From assembly GCA_038229495.1 (NCBI GenBank), contig JBBROJ010000005.1, positions 5,771-69,770 of the forward strand: DNA of 64,000 bases, in the 5' to 3' direction. The notes beneath the pieces are model-generated. The model ran no database searches. It was not told the DNA's origin and saw only the letters and a list, made by a program, of their open reading frames with translations. A program made the position numbers and the translations under genes. Each line of letters begins with the position of its first letter. The stretch's first letter is position 1. Shown piece after piece: positions 33,711-42,370 of the stretch. Origin of the DNA: Chthonomonadales bacterium (GTDB lineage: Bacteria; Armatimonadota; Chthonomonadetes; Chthonomonadales; CAJBBX01).

Positions 33711-34523
33711 CTATTTGGGTGTAAGCCACCGTGAAAGGAAGAACGCTTTGGTGGCTTCCGCCGCGCCATAATTCATGGCTGTTATCGTGAGCCCGATGGT
33801 GCCCATAAGCACGAGGAGCCAGATGATGGCCTTCGCGATGTCCTGGCCCGCCAGGCTTCCAAGCAGGGTCGGCTCCCGGGAAATATAGGCGGTCGCGGCG
33901 TAGTATTCATCGCCAATAATCGTGTAGTCGCACGAAGCGATGAGGAACGGAATCTGCGTCGTCTGCGTGGTTCCCGCGATCTGGATTGCGCCCACTGCCT
34001 GGCCTGCTTCCGCGAAGATGAGCGCCTCGGCATAGAACTCGCCGAACAGAAAACTCGCCGCCACCTTTTCGCGGTGAATCAGTCCCGCCACCCCCGCGGC
34101 GAACGCAAACTGGCGGTCCGATATGAAGCGCACGGAATCGGGATCGTAGGCCTCCGCGCGACCGACGGAGGCGTAGGTATCTCGCATAACCTCGTCCGCG
34201 ATCGTGTAGATGGCCGGGCCGTTATCACCGCCGGTAGGAAGCAGGATGCGATTGCCGAACTGCGCCGCCGTCTTGGTAATGTAGCTGAAGATCGAGAGCG
34301 CCTGCATCACGATTACGCCGATAAGCCCTATGCCGGGGACCATGAGGATCGGGCGGCCCATTTCGGTTGCGCGTCCGACCGCCTCATCGATGGCGTTGAG
34401 TCCGGGAATGCGCCGGATGTAGAATTTCCGGCCGCGCTGCGCCATTTTGACGGTCGCAACAATGACGAGGGACCACAGAGTGACCAAAAGCGCGACGGGC
34501 CAACTGTTGCTGGCATGATCCAT
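33711..34523 (-). CDS. Membrane protein (N-terminal, central and C-terminal TM segments), unknown function; operon gene 3
   Basis: 270 aa. 'WPVALLVTLWSLVIVATV', 'LIGVIVMQALSIFSYI', 'AIIWLLVLMGTIGLTITA'. No recognised catalytic motif. Confidence 0.65.
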   Translation of the reverse strand: MDHASNSWPVALLVTLWSLVIVATVKMAQRGRKFYIRRIPGLNAIDEAVGRATEMGRPILMVPGIGLIGVIVMQALSIFSYITKTAAQFGNRILLPTGGDNGPAIYTIADEVMRDTYASVGRAEAYDPDSVRFISDRQFAFAAGVAGLIHREKVAASFLFGEFYAEALIFAEAGQAVGAIQIAGTTQTTQIPFLIASCDYTIIGDEYYAATAYISREPTLLGSLAGQDIAKAIIWLLVLMGTIGLTITAMNYGAAEATKAFFLSRWLTPK

Positions 34524-34535
34524 GGGAAATAGACC

Positions 34536-34889
34536 TCAGCTTGGCGATTTTGACGGACCTTTATCCGCCTGTCCGGCGGGCCGGCTGCCCGCCCGCGAGA
34601 TATCCTGCTTCTCGATCGCCAGCTCCTCGATTCTTTGAATTAGGAGCTCGACGTTCTCTCGCTTCTCCATGAGCCGGGCCGCGATTCGCAGGTTCTCCAG
34701 CCCGATGAATGGCGCGATAAACGGCGACGTAACGATCAGTCCCTGGCTTGCGAAGAAGCTGATCGGCTTGTGCATCTCGAGAAAGAGAATCGCGGGTGTC
34801 TCCATTCCGCGCCTGGTGATCCCCCCCGCAACGGTCTCGATGACCCGATCGCGCTCTTCGGGAGTTACTTCCGTGTACCATTCGCTCAA
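34536..34889 (-). CDS. Small protein with one hydrophobic hairpin, unknown function; operon gene 2
   Basis: 117 aa. The start overlaps the upstream stop by 4 nt. 'PISFFASQGLIVTSPFIAPFIGL'. Confidence 0.55.
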   Translation of the reverse strand: MSEWYTEVTPEERDRVIETVAGGITRRGMETPAILFLEMHKPISFFASQGLIVTSPFIAPFIGLENLRIAARLMEKRENVELLIQRIEELAIEKQDISRAGSRPAGQADKGPSKSPS

Positions 34890-35416
34890 GATGCCGCCTC
34901 GGCCGCCGGTTCCCCGCCGGCAAGCGCGCGAGTCTCGCTTCCAAGCATCCGGGCTTCCACTATTCGCGTGACGTCCTCGCGGCTGCCCGGCTCACCGTCG
35001 GGAGCGAAGCGAAGCAGCACGCCGCGGAAGTTTTCCAGCCTATTGGGAGTTGTGAAAGGGGACAGCTTGGCGGAGCCGGGCAGGTAGTCGACACGCTTCA
35101 CGCGGTCCCAGCCGATCTCCAGCCGGGCGGCGCCATATGCGGCGCATGCACGGCGGCTTGTGATGCGATAGCGAATGGGAAGCAGGTACTCGGACGTCGA
35201 AGAAAAGAGGAGCAGCGGTCCCAGGAGAGCAAACAGGGCGGATCGGAAGATGAGAACTCCGAGGAGCGAGGAAAGAATAATTGCCGCTGCAACAATGACA
35301 ACCCGTGCGCGGGCCGGGTCGCGGCGAAGCAGGTGAACTGTCCATTCGAGCAGGACAGTCTCCTCATCCCTCGGTATTTGTATTCGCTCGATGGCGCGAC
35401 GCGGCAGGTCTCTCAT
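34886..35416 (-). CDS. Two-TM protein with a soluble C-terminal domain, unknown function; operon gene 1
   Basis: 176 aa. GGAGGG RBS upstream. 'VVIVAAAIILSSLLGVLIF..ALFALLGPLLLF'. It lies directly downstream of a consensus promoter. Confidence 0.6.
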   Translation of the reverse strand: MRDLPRRAIERIQIPRDEETVLLEWTVHLLRRDPARARVVIVAAAIILSSLLGVLIFRSALFALLGPLLLFSSTSEYLLPIRYRITSRRACAAYGAARLEIGWDRVKRVDYLPGSAKLSPFTTPNRLENFRGVLLRFAPDGEPGSREDVTRIVEARMLGSETRALAGGEPAAEAAS

Positions 35417-35462
35417 TAAGGCGGGCTGCCCTCCGGATAGAACTTGCTATGCCAGACTTGCT

Positions 35463-35491
35463 GATTATAGAGGAACGCCGGTCCCGTGTCA
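35463..35491 (-). promoter_or_regulatory. Consensus sigma70 promoter (TTGACA-N17-TATAAT) for the six-gene membrane operon
   Basis: On the minus strand, TTGACA is the complement of 35486-35491 and TATAAT is the complement of 35463-35468, with a 17-nt spacer. It is ~47 nt upstream of the ATG at 35416. Confidence 0.65.
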
Positions 35492-35533
35492 ATGACAGAC
35501 GGCTGTGCGCGATGAGTTCAGTTTGTGTGAGAG

Positions 35534-35706
35534 TGAATCGCTCCGCAGCGACTTCGCCACGGGCTGAAACCCCGAGGCTACCCATCGGAACCCCGCTGAA
35601 GCGGGCTGCATCCACGTCAACGCACGATCCGCAGCCTGCTTTAGCAGGGTTTCTGGCGTAGCCGTCTAGCCACGGGGATTTTGCCCGTGGCGTCGCTCCA
35701 GCGATT
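35534..35706. repeat. ~173-bp imperfect long palindrome / branched hairpin element between two divergent promoters
   Basis: Pairings read directly: 'gaatcgct' 35534-41 with 'agcgattc' 35699-706; 'gcgac..gccacgggc' 35547-63 with 'gcccgtggcgtcgc' 35682-95; 'ggctac' 35575-80 with 'gtagcc' 35657-62; plus small internal hairpins. Confidence 0.5.
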
Positions 35707-35742
35707 CTCATCAAGACTGAACAGATACCGGCTAAGCGGCGC

Positions 35743-35772
35743 GTTGACGCGCTCCCTCTCGAGCGCGTATAC
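35743..35772 (+). promoter_or_regulatory. Sigma70-like promoter (TTGACG-N18-TATACT) for the aminotransferase gene
   Basis: TTGACG at 35743-35748 and TATACT at 35767-35772, ~54 nt upstream of the start at 35826. Confidence 0.6.
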
Positions 35773-35825
35773 TTTAGGCACGGCATGGACCCATAGATGC
35801 TGGAAAATTGCCTGAAAGGATCTAA

Positions 35826-37046
35826 ATGATGGCTCCCGTTGTCGCGCAGCTCTCTCCCTTCGCCGCAATCGAGCAGGCGCCTCCTGACCCTATTCTCGGT
35901 CTCACCGATGCGTTTAACGCCGACATGAATCCCAAAAAGGTGAATCTCGGCGTAGGCGTCTATCAGGATGAGAACGGCAAAGTACCTGTGCTGAAGGCGG
36001 TGCGCGAGGCTGAAGCGCGCTGGTACGGCGAGGAGAGCTCCAAGAGCTATCTGCCCATTGACGGCGTGCCGGCCTACAACAAGCAGGTTCAGGCGCTGCT
36101 GCTCGGCGCGGAAAGTTCGCTCATCGCGGAGGGAAGAGCGGTGACGATTGAGGCGCTGGGCGGTACAGGCGGCCTCAAGGTGGGCGCGGACTTCCTTAAG
36201 CGGTTCTTTCCCGATTCGACCGTGTACATCAGTCAGCCGAGCTGGGAGAACCATCGCGCGCTGTTCGAATCGGCAGGGTTTCGGGTTGAGACGTATCGCT
36301 ACTATGATGCCGAGACCCACGGGCTTGATTTCGACGGCATGGTGGCTGCGCTCAAGGGACTGGCGCCGCGCGGCATCGTTGTCCTTCACGCCTGCTGCCA
36401 CAATCCGAGCGGTGTGGACCTCGACAGTGCGCAGTGGGATGCAATTGTGAATCTATTCCGCGACAGCGACCTGATTCCATTCCTCGATTTTGCCTACCAG
36501 GGGTTCGGAACAGGCATGGAGGAAGACGCTTATGCGGTGCGGGCTTTCGCGGCGGCGGGAATCTCATGCCTGATCAGCAGTTCCTTCTCGAAATCCTTCT
36601 CACTCTACCGCGAGCGCGTGGGCGCTCTCACGATTCTCACGAGTGCGGCCGAGGAGTCGAAGCGCGTGCTCAGCCAGGTGAAGCGCGTCATCCGCGCCAA
36701 TTATTCCAGTCCGCCGTCTCACGGCGGGCAGGTCGTCGCCCTCATTCTGGCTGATGCAGAGCTCCGCTCTCTATGGGAGAAAGAGCTAAGAGAGATGCGG
36801 AGCCGAATCGCCCGCATGCGGACTCTTTTCGTTGCCTCGCTTCGCTCAAAGGGAGTCCGGCAGGACTTCAGCTTCATTGAGGGTCAAGCCGGCATGTTCT
36901 CGTTCGCCGGCCTGCCTCTGGAAGCTGTCCGCACGCTCCGCGGCGATTACAGCCTCTATATCGTGGACAGCAGCCGCATCTGCATGGCGGCGATGAACGA
37001 GCGCAACATGGACTATATCTGCGAGGCTATCGCGAAAATAGAGTAA
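35826..37046 (+). CDS. aspC: Aspartate/aromatic amino acid aminotransferase (class Ia, AspC/TyrB type)
   Basis: 'PPDPILGLTDAFNADMNPKKVNLGVGVYQDENGKVPVL' and 'SSSFSKSFSLYRERVGAL' (PLP-lysine motif SxSKNFGLYxERVG). Confidence 0.88.
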   Translation: MMAPVVAQLSPFAAIEQAPPDPILGLTDAFNADMNPKKVNLGVGVYQDENGKVPVLKAVREAEARWYGEESSKSYLPIDGVPAYNKQVQALLLGAESSLIAEGRAVTIEALGGTGGLKVGADFLKRFFPDSTVYISQPSWENHRALFESAGFRVETYRYYDAETHGLDFDGMVAALKGLAPRGIVVLHACCHNPSGVDLDSAQWDAIVNLFRDSDLIPFLDFAYQGFGTGMEEDAYAVRAFAAAGISCLISSSFSKSFSLYRERVGALTILTSAAEESKRVLSQVKRVIRANYSSPPSHGGQVVALILADAELRSLWEKELREMRSRIARMRTLFVASLRSKGVRQDFSFIEGQAGMFSFAGLPLEAVRTLRGDYSLYIVDSSRICMAAMNERNMDYICEAIAKIE

Positions 37047-37116
37047 GTAGGGTAAGTGGCATGAAATGCCCGCTAAATCTTGTTAGACTTGCCTGAATCC
37101 ATGGCTCGCCGCGGCA

Positions 37117-37146
37117 TTGACATGGCGGGCCGTCGTACTCTATAAT
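37117..37146 (+). promoter_or_regulatory. Consensus sigma70 promoter (TTGACA-N18-TATAAT) for tRNA-Pro
   Basis: TTGACA at 37117-37122 and TATAAT at 37141-37146, ~49 nt upstream of the tRNA 5' end. Confidence 0.7.
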
Positions 37147-37194
37147 ATCCTGCTTTAGGGCCACTTTTAAGCTGCTTATAGGTTGCTAATTTAT

Positions 37195-37268
37195 CGGGGT
37201 GTAGCTCAGCTTGGTAGAGTGCACGGTTCGGGACCGTGAGGTCGCTGGTTCAAGTCCAGTCACCCCGA
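37195..37268 (+). tRNA. tRNA-Pro (anticodon CGG)
   Basis: Manual cloverleaf: acceptor CGGGGTG/CACCCCG, D-arm GCTC-AGCTTGGTA-GAGT, anticodon arm CACGG-TTCGGGA-CCGTG, T-arm GCTGG-TTCAAGT-CCAGT, discriminator A. No encoded CCA. Confidence 0.9.
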
Positions 37269-37285
37269 TATTCCCGAAATGCTAC

Positions 37286-37331
37286 GCGCAAAAGGGGACT
37301 GGAACGGTCATGTTTCAGTCCCCTTTTGCGC
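37286..37331 (+). terminator. Hairpin terminator after tRNA-Pro
   Basis: Perfect 16-bp stem 'gcgcaaaaggggactg' / 'cagtccccttttgcgc' with a 14-nt loop. The trailing U-run is weak. Confidence 0.55.
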
Positions 37332-37403
37332 CTATCCTTATATGCCAATGGGCGATTTTTCTATCGAGTCACAGGATATTTTCCGATTTGCTAATATTTG
37401 CAC

Positions 37404-37432
37404 TTGACCTATTGGTTAAAAGATGTTAATAT
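37404..37432 (+). promoter_or_regulatory. Sigma70-like promoter (TTGACC-N17-TAATAT) in an AT-rich spacer
   Basis: TTGACC at 37404-37409 and TAATAT at 37427-37432, upstream of the small TM ORF. Confidence 0.5.
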
Positions 37433-37530
37433 TATGTATCATGGCGTATTCGGCACGTCACGTACCGATGGCTGCATGCATGCAGGCATGGATGCAGTGA
37501 TCAATCGTTGAATCGGAGGGTATAGACAAG

Positions 37531-37779
37531 TTGAAGCAGCAGGTAAACCCCGCCATTATGGCGGTAGTAATTGTAATAGCCATCGCTGTCATTGGATTTT
37601 TCGGTTTCAAGCTCCTCGGCGGCGGCGGGAGTGGAGCTAAGAACGATGCGTCCAACAAGGCCAAGTATGAACAGTTGATGAAGGACTCGGCCGGCGCGAT
37701 GAAGCCCCCTCCTGGCGCTCCTGCGCAGGGCGGCGGCATGTCCGGAGGCGCGATATCAGGTGGATCGGCGGGTCGCTAA
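37531..37779 (+). CDS. Small single-TM protein with a Gly/Pro/Ala-rich tail
   Basis: TTG start 10 nt after GGAGGG. 'AIMAVVIVIAIAVIGFFGF' TM segment. 82 aa. The opposite-strand ORF 37458-37739 lacks any signals. Confidence 0.5.
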   Translation: MKQQVNPAIMAVVIVIAIAVIGFFGFKLLGGGGSGAKNDASNKAKYEQLMKDSAGAMKPPPGAPAQGGGMSGGAISGGSAGR

Positions 37780-38020
37780 TCGTAATCTTCCCTGTGCCTG
37801 GAGGACTGTGTCGAATCCTTATGGATAATCGCGTGCTTCTGATATTTCCTTGATGGCGTGGCCTCACACCCTGATCTTCGTTTGATTTTTAGAGGGTATC
37901 ATGCCCGGTTCTGTAGTGTCTGTTTACTCTCGCGGCTAATCACGCTTGCATCAGATTTTGCCGCACAGTACATCCCGGCTGGCTCTCGAGTTGGTCCGGA
38001 ATAGTCCAAGGAGGCTATTT

Positions 38021-38887
38021 ATGCAACGAGTAAGGAAAGCGATAGCGTTCACCCTTATTGAACTGCTCGTCGTTATCGCCATCATTGCGATTCTAGCAGC
38101 AATTCTCTTCCCGGTATTTGCACAAGCACGTGAGTCGGCCCGTACATCGAGCTGCCTCAGCAACACCAAGCAGGTCTCGCTTGGCGTTCTCCAGTACCTT
38201 CAGGACTATGACGAGCGATATCCCATCTACCGCTACGATACTCCTAATGGCCCCAAACCGGACAGCCCCTTCGGCCTGTGGAGGAGGAACCATGTCGGAT
38301 GGGGGATTCAGATTATGCCCTATGTTAAGAACGCGCAGGTATTCAAGTGCCCCAGCTCCTCAGACACGTGGCAAACAGATCAAAATGCACTTAATAACGG
38401 CGATGACAGCGGCCCCACGGGCGCGATTCAGTATGGAATGAACGCTCGTCTGACGGGGCGGCAGGACTTCAGCAGCGGCACGAAGCTGGCGGGGGTGCGG
38501 TATCCTGCAAGCACGATCCTCTTAGTTGACTCATGGGGCTACAGTGATGAGCAGCCGATTGTTTGCGACCTCAACTGGGTCGAATGGGGCTATCAGGGCG
38601 GCTATTCGCAACTGCTGAACGGCGATAACCGTGAAGACAGCGGCTGGGATGCAAACGGCTATAACGCTCCGGCCAAGCAGCAGCGTCTCTGCAAGAATGG
38701 CACAGGGCAATCCTGGGGCCAGAATGCTCCTATGCGCCGGCACAAAGGTGGCGGAAATATCGCCTTTAACGACGGTCACTCGAAGTTCTTCCCCGGCAAC
38801 TCTTCCTGCCAGGTGTGGGACCGTTCAGACGGTGGAAGCGGCGTGCCGAAGAACGAGAGCGGCCAAGTCATCTCGTTCATCCCGTAG
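38021..38887 (+). CDS. Prepilin-leader H-X9-DG (DUF1559-like) pseudopilin-type protein
   Basis: AAGGAGG RBS. '[30 protein letters not shown]' (prepilin cleavage/methylation motif). C-terminal '[13 protein letters not shown]' (H-X9-DG). Confidence 0.85.
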   Translation: MQRVRKAIAFTLIELLVVIAIIAILAAILFPVFAQARESARTSSCLSNTKQVSLGVLQYLQDYDERYPIYRYDTPNGPKPDSPFGLWRRNHVGWGIQIMPYVKNAQVFKCPSSSDTWQTDQNALNNGDDSGPTGAIQYGMNARLTGRQDFSSGTKLAGVRYPASTILLVDSWGYSDEQPIVCDLNWVEWGYQGGYSQLLNGDNREDSGWDANGYNAPAKQQRLCKNGTGQSWGQNAPMRRHKGGGNIAFNDGHSKFFPGNSSCQVWDRSDGGSGVPKNESGQVISFIP

Positions 38888-38934
38888 CTACACATTAATT
38901 GCAGGCTGCAGTTTCTCTAACCCTTGCCGTTTGT

Positions 38935-38968
38935 CGGCCCCACGTGTCATCGTGGGGCCGATTGTTTT
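38935..38968 (+). terminator. Intrinsic terminator
   Basis: 'cggccccacg-tgtcat-cgtggggccg' (10-bp GC stem) followed by 'attgtttt'. Confidence 0.7.
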
Positions 38969-39134
38969 GACCCAAGTATTTCGTAGTAATACTTGCGCCG
39001 GATGCTAACGTATGCATTAGTTGGCGGTTGTCATTGAGTGAGCCATACGCCGTGTTGTATAACGTGATGTATAACATGTATCAGTGGTAGACGGCAGTGG
39101 TAACCTGCGGCCGGCCACGGATTGACGGAATATT

Positions 39135-40619
39135 ATGAAGTCTCAGAGTAACGAAGAAGATATGATTGCCGGGCGATCGGAACAACGACCCGGCGCGCCT
39201 CAGCCAGCATCCTCACGAAGAGTCTTAGTACTTGCCGGAATCGGCGTCCTGCTTCTATCGCTATCGCTCGTGGCCCGCCAGCGAGTTTCCGACAATTACC
39301 GAACCTCCCAAAAGAAGCTAAAGGAATACAACGAGCGACAGGCTGTTATACGCCAATTCGAGACTGAGGCAAGTCAGGAGGAGCTTGAGATCGCCAGGCT
39401 ACGCGCGGCAATAGACGCCGATCCGAAGAATGAGACGACTCGATGGAAGCTGGCGGACAAGCTGCAAAAGCTGAGGCAGTTTGAACCCGCACGCGAGCAA
39501 ATCGAAGCGATTGCGAAGCTCGCTCCGAAGAACGAAGCTGCTGCCCTTGCTCTGGGCAACGTTAGACTCGCTTGTGGAGATACGGCAGCGGCAGAGCAGG
39601 CATATCGTATTACTAGCTTGCATTGGCCAAAGAACGCGGAAGCATGGCAGGGACTAGCCGCCACCCGCTACCATTTGAAGCGATATCATGAGGCCGCAAT
39701 GGCTGCGGAGCAGGCTTTAGCTCTTGACCCGAAAGACGACGGCAACCGCTACATCTATGCTTCGGCGGCCCTTGAATACGCAAGCCAATTTCCAGCAACG
39801 CCCGCGGAGGCGCAGCAAGAAGCCCGACCGTTGGCCGTTGCGCGGGTCCAGTTCGAGCGGCTGGCAAAGGACAATCCGAACCGCGGAGAGATATACTATA
39901 AGCTCGGGCTAACGTGTTCGCGACAGCGGGATAAACAGTTTGCATCCCAATACCTTATGCGGGCGCACGAGCTTCTTCCCGAAAGAGGCGATATCGCATT
40001 CGACCTGGTCCAGGCGCTGAAGACGAGCGCCGATACAAAGACGGCCGGGGTAATAATCGAAGATTCCATAAAGCGTCATCCAAAAATGGCCGGCTTCTAC
40101 TTCCTTCAGAGTGACATGTTGCAGGCGGGAGGCGATGCAGCTCGGCTGCCGCAGGCGATAGAGGCTGCCCGCAAAGCAACGGTCCTGGCGCCAAGCGTAC
40201 CGCAATTCTTTGACAACCTGGGCAACGCTTGCCTCAGGGCGAATAAACTCGCTGAAGCGCGCGATGCCTTTGAAGGGTCGCTCAAAGCGGATGAAAATCG
40301 TGCCCTCCCGTATCAGCAATTAGCGGCAATCTACTCACGGATGGGTGACATTAAGCGCTCGACGACCGCGGCCCGTTTCGCTACGCGCATGGTTCATAAC
40401 GACCAGACGCTGCGACAGGTCGAAGAGTTGAGCAAGCAGTATCCTGAAGACATCAGGCTGCTTACAATTCGCGCCGACCGCTATCGTGATCTGAAGATGT
40501 ATCCGGCTGCCTTTGCAGTCTATGAGCAGATTGTCAAAATGAAGCCTGATGACACGTATGCCACGCAGCAGGTCGCACAGATAAAGCAGAAATTTGCGAC
40601 GCAGGGCCCAAAACGGTGA
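39135..40619 (+). CDS. TPR-repeat protein with an N-terminal membrane anchor
   Basis: 'VLVLAGIGVLLLSLSLVA' TM segment, then multiple 34-aa TPR-like units ('A..AY......P.N.EAW..LA'). Confidence 0.8.
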   Translation: MKSQSNEEDMIAGRSEQRPGAPQPASSRRVLVLAGIGVLLLSLSLVARQRVSDNYRTSQKKLKEYNERQAVIRQFETEASQEELEIARLRAAIDADPKNETTRWKLADKLQKLRQFEPAREQIEAIAKLAPKNEAAALALGNVRLACGDTAAAEQAYRITSLHWPKNAEAWQGLAATRYHLKRYHEAAMAAEQALALDPKDDGNRYIYASAALEYASQFPATPAEAQQEARPLAVARVQFERLAKDNPNRGEIYYKLGLTCSRQRDKQFASQYLMRAHELLPERGDIAFDLVQALKTSADTKTAGVIIEDSIKRHPKMAGFYFLQSDMLQAGGDAARLPQAIEAARKATVLAPSVPQFFDNLGNACLRANKLAEARDAFEGSLKADENRALPYQQLAAIYSRMGDIKRSTTAARFATRMVHNDQTLRQVEELSKQYPEDIRLLTIRADRYRDLKMYPAAFAVYEQIVKMKPDDTYATQQVAQIKQKFATQGPKR

Positions 40620-42367
40620 TGCGAATGCACGACGTCCACGCCTGCCGAAGAGCGAAGATGCGCCTGCGAGGGCTGCTCACTGTTTGTATGGCCGGATATG
40701 CCGCGGGAGGCTGCCACAAGGGCCTGCCCGCCCCGAAGACAGCAGCAATCGGAAGCGGGTTAGCTCCGGCGACTCTGAATGCTTCCGAGGTAATTCCCGA
40801 CCCGCTCTTTACCGATATCACTCAGCAGGCGGGGCTGGCGTTCAAGCAATCGCACGGCGGGTGCGGCATGCGGTATTTCGTTGAGCAGGTAGCGGCGGGC
40901 GCGGCGGTGTTCGACGCCAATGGCGACGGCAACCTCGACATCTACTTTCCTCAACCCAAACCTCTAGGCATCTGCAAGGGCAAGGTTCCCGGTCCTCTTA
41001 AGCAAAGACTATATCTTGGCGATGGGAAGGGCCACTTCAAGCTTGCGGACGGCGTGTTCAAAGGGGTAGAGACGGACTATGGCATCTCCGCGGCCGTGGG
41101 CGACTTCGACAACGATGGACGGCCCGACCTCTATGTATCCTGCTTCGGCAAGAATAAGCTCTTCCACAACAATGGCGACGGCACGTTCACCGATGTGACC
41201 AGGAAAGCCGGCGTCGAGGTCGGGGGGTTCTCCACCGGCGCAGTCTGGTTCGATTACGATGGAGACAGCCTCCTGGATCTCTACGTAATGCGCTACTGCG
41301 AGTGGACCGTAGAAACCGACCTCCCCTGCCGAGGGCCGCATGGCGAGCGAGACGTTTGCAATCCTCAAACATATACTCCCGCCACGAACAAGCTCTTCCA
41401 TAACAACGGCAACGGTACATTCACCGATGTTACGGCAAAGTCAGGCGCATCGCCGGAAAAGCGCCGCAGCCTGGGCGCCGCAGCTGTGGACTTTGACGGA
41501 GATGGGCATCTCGACCTGTTCGTCGCCAACGACCTGGGTCCCAACTATCTCCTTCACAACAACGGCGACGGCACGTTCTCCGACATGGCGATGCAGGGCG
41601 GTGTCGCTTTCGGCCTGAATGGCAAGTCGCAGGCGAATATGGGGGTGGCAGTTGGGGACTACGATAATACGGGCAGGATCAGTGTTCTTGTTACAACGTT
41701 CGCAAATGAACCGTACACCCTCTACCGGAACCTCGGAACCTATTTCGAAGACGCCAGCGAGCCCACCGGAATCGCGGCAGCGACCAAGCCCTTCCTATCG
41801 TTCGGAACGGGTTTCGTCGATTCTCGAAACAGCGGGAGGCTGGATCTATTCTTCGCAAACGGGCACATTTCGCCATTCGTCAAGGACATGGATGAAAAGC
41901 AGACGTACAAGCAACATAATCAACTCCTGCTTAACAATGGTAACGGTAGATTTGCCAACAACCCGGGGGCGCTCCCCAAAGACGACGTAAGGGTGCATCG
42001 CGGCGTCTGCTTCGGAGATTTCGACAATGACGGTCGCATGGATATCCTCGTGACAGCTTCAGATGACCGTCCAACGCTGCTTCACAATGAATCGAAAGCC
42101 GGAAACTGGTTGATTCTCAATCTGACGAGCGCCAACGGCTGCGCCACCCCGGTTGGAACCCGATGTCTGGCAACGATAGGAGGGAAGAAACTGACCCGAA
42201 TCGTGATTGGTGGCGGAAGCTACGGGGGCGAGAGCGACCATCGTGTCCACTTCGGGCTCGGTAAAGCCGACTCTGTGGAGAAGATGGAGATTCACTGGAT
42301 GTCCGGCAAGGTCCAAACACTTTCAAACGTTCGGGCGAACCAAATAATATCGATTAGAGAGCAGTAG
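40616..42367 (+). CDS. CRTAC1-family lipoprotein (FG-GAP/VCBS repeats + ASPIC/UnbV domain)
   Basis: Lipobox 'AAGGC'. Repeated 'D.(D/N)GDG.LD(I/L)(Y/F)V' motifs. C-terminus 'GGGSYGGESDHRVHFGLGKADSVEKMEIHWMSG'. The start overlaps the TPR gene stop. Confidence 0.85.
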   Translation: MMRMHDVHACRRAKMRLRGLLTVCMAGYAAGGCHKGLPAPKTAAIGSGLAPATLNASEVIPDPLFTDITQQAGLAFKQSHGGCGMRYFVEQVAAGAAVFDANGDGNLDIYFPQPKPLGICKGKVPGPLKQRLYLGDGKGHFKLADGVFKGVETDYGISAAVGDFDNDGRPDLYVSCFGKNKLFHNNGDGTFTDVTRKAGVEVGGFSTGAVWFDYDGDSLLDLYVMRYCEWTVETDLPCRGPHGERDVCNPQTYTPATNKLFHNNGNGTFTDVTAKSGASPEKRRSLGAAAVDFDGDGHLDLFVANDLGPNYLLHNNGDGTFSDMAMQGGVAFGLNGKSQANMGVAVGDYDNTGRISVLVTTFANEPYTLYRNLGTYFEDASEPTGIAAATKPFLSFGTGFVDSRNSGRLDLFFANGHISPFVKDMDEKQTYKQHNQLLLNNGNGRFANNPGALPKDDVRVHRGVCFGDFDNDGRMDILVTASDDRPTLLHNESKAGNWLILNLTSANGCATPVGTRCLATIGGKKLTRIVIGGGSYGGESDHRVHFGLGKADSVEKMEIHWMSGKVQTLSNVRANQIISIREQ

Positions 42368-42370
42368 CTT

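Noticed and set aside
35364-36401. 345-aa minus-strand ORF overlapping the aminotransferase gene and its promoter region
   Set aside because: A shadow ORF: the plus strand encodes a textbook AspC/TyrB sequence. The minus ORF would also run through the mapped consensus promoter and the start of the membrane operon.
37269-38020. AT-rich stretch downstream of tRNA-Pro as a possible integrated element or att site
   Set aside because: No integrase is present, and I found no direct repeat of the tRNA 3' end downstream. The region is adequately explained by a terminator, a promoter and a small gene.
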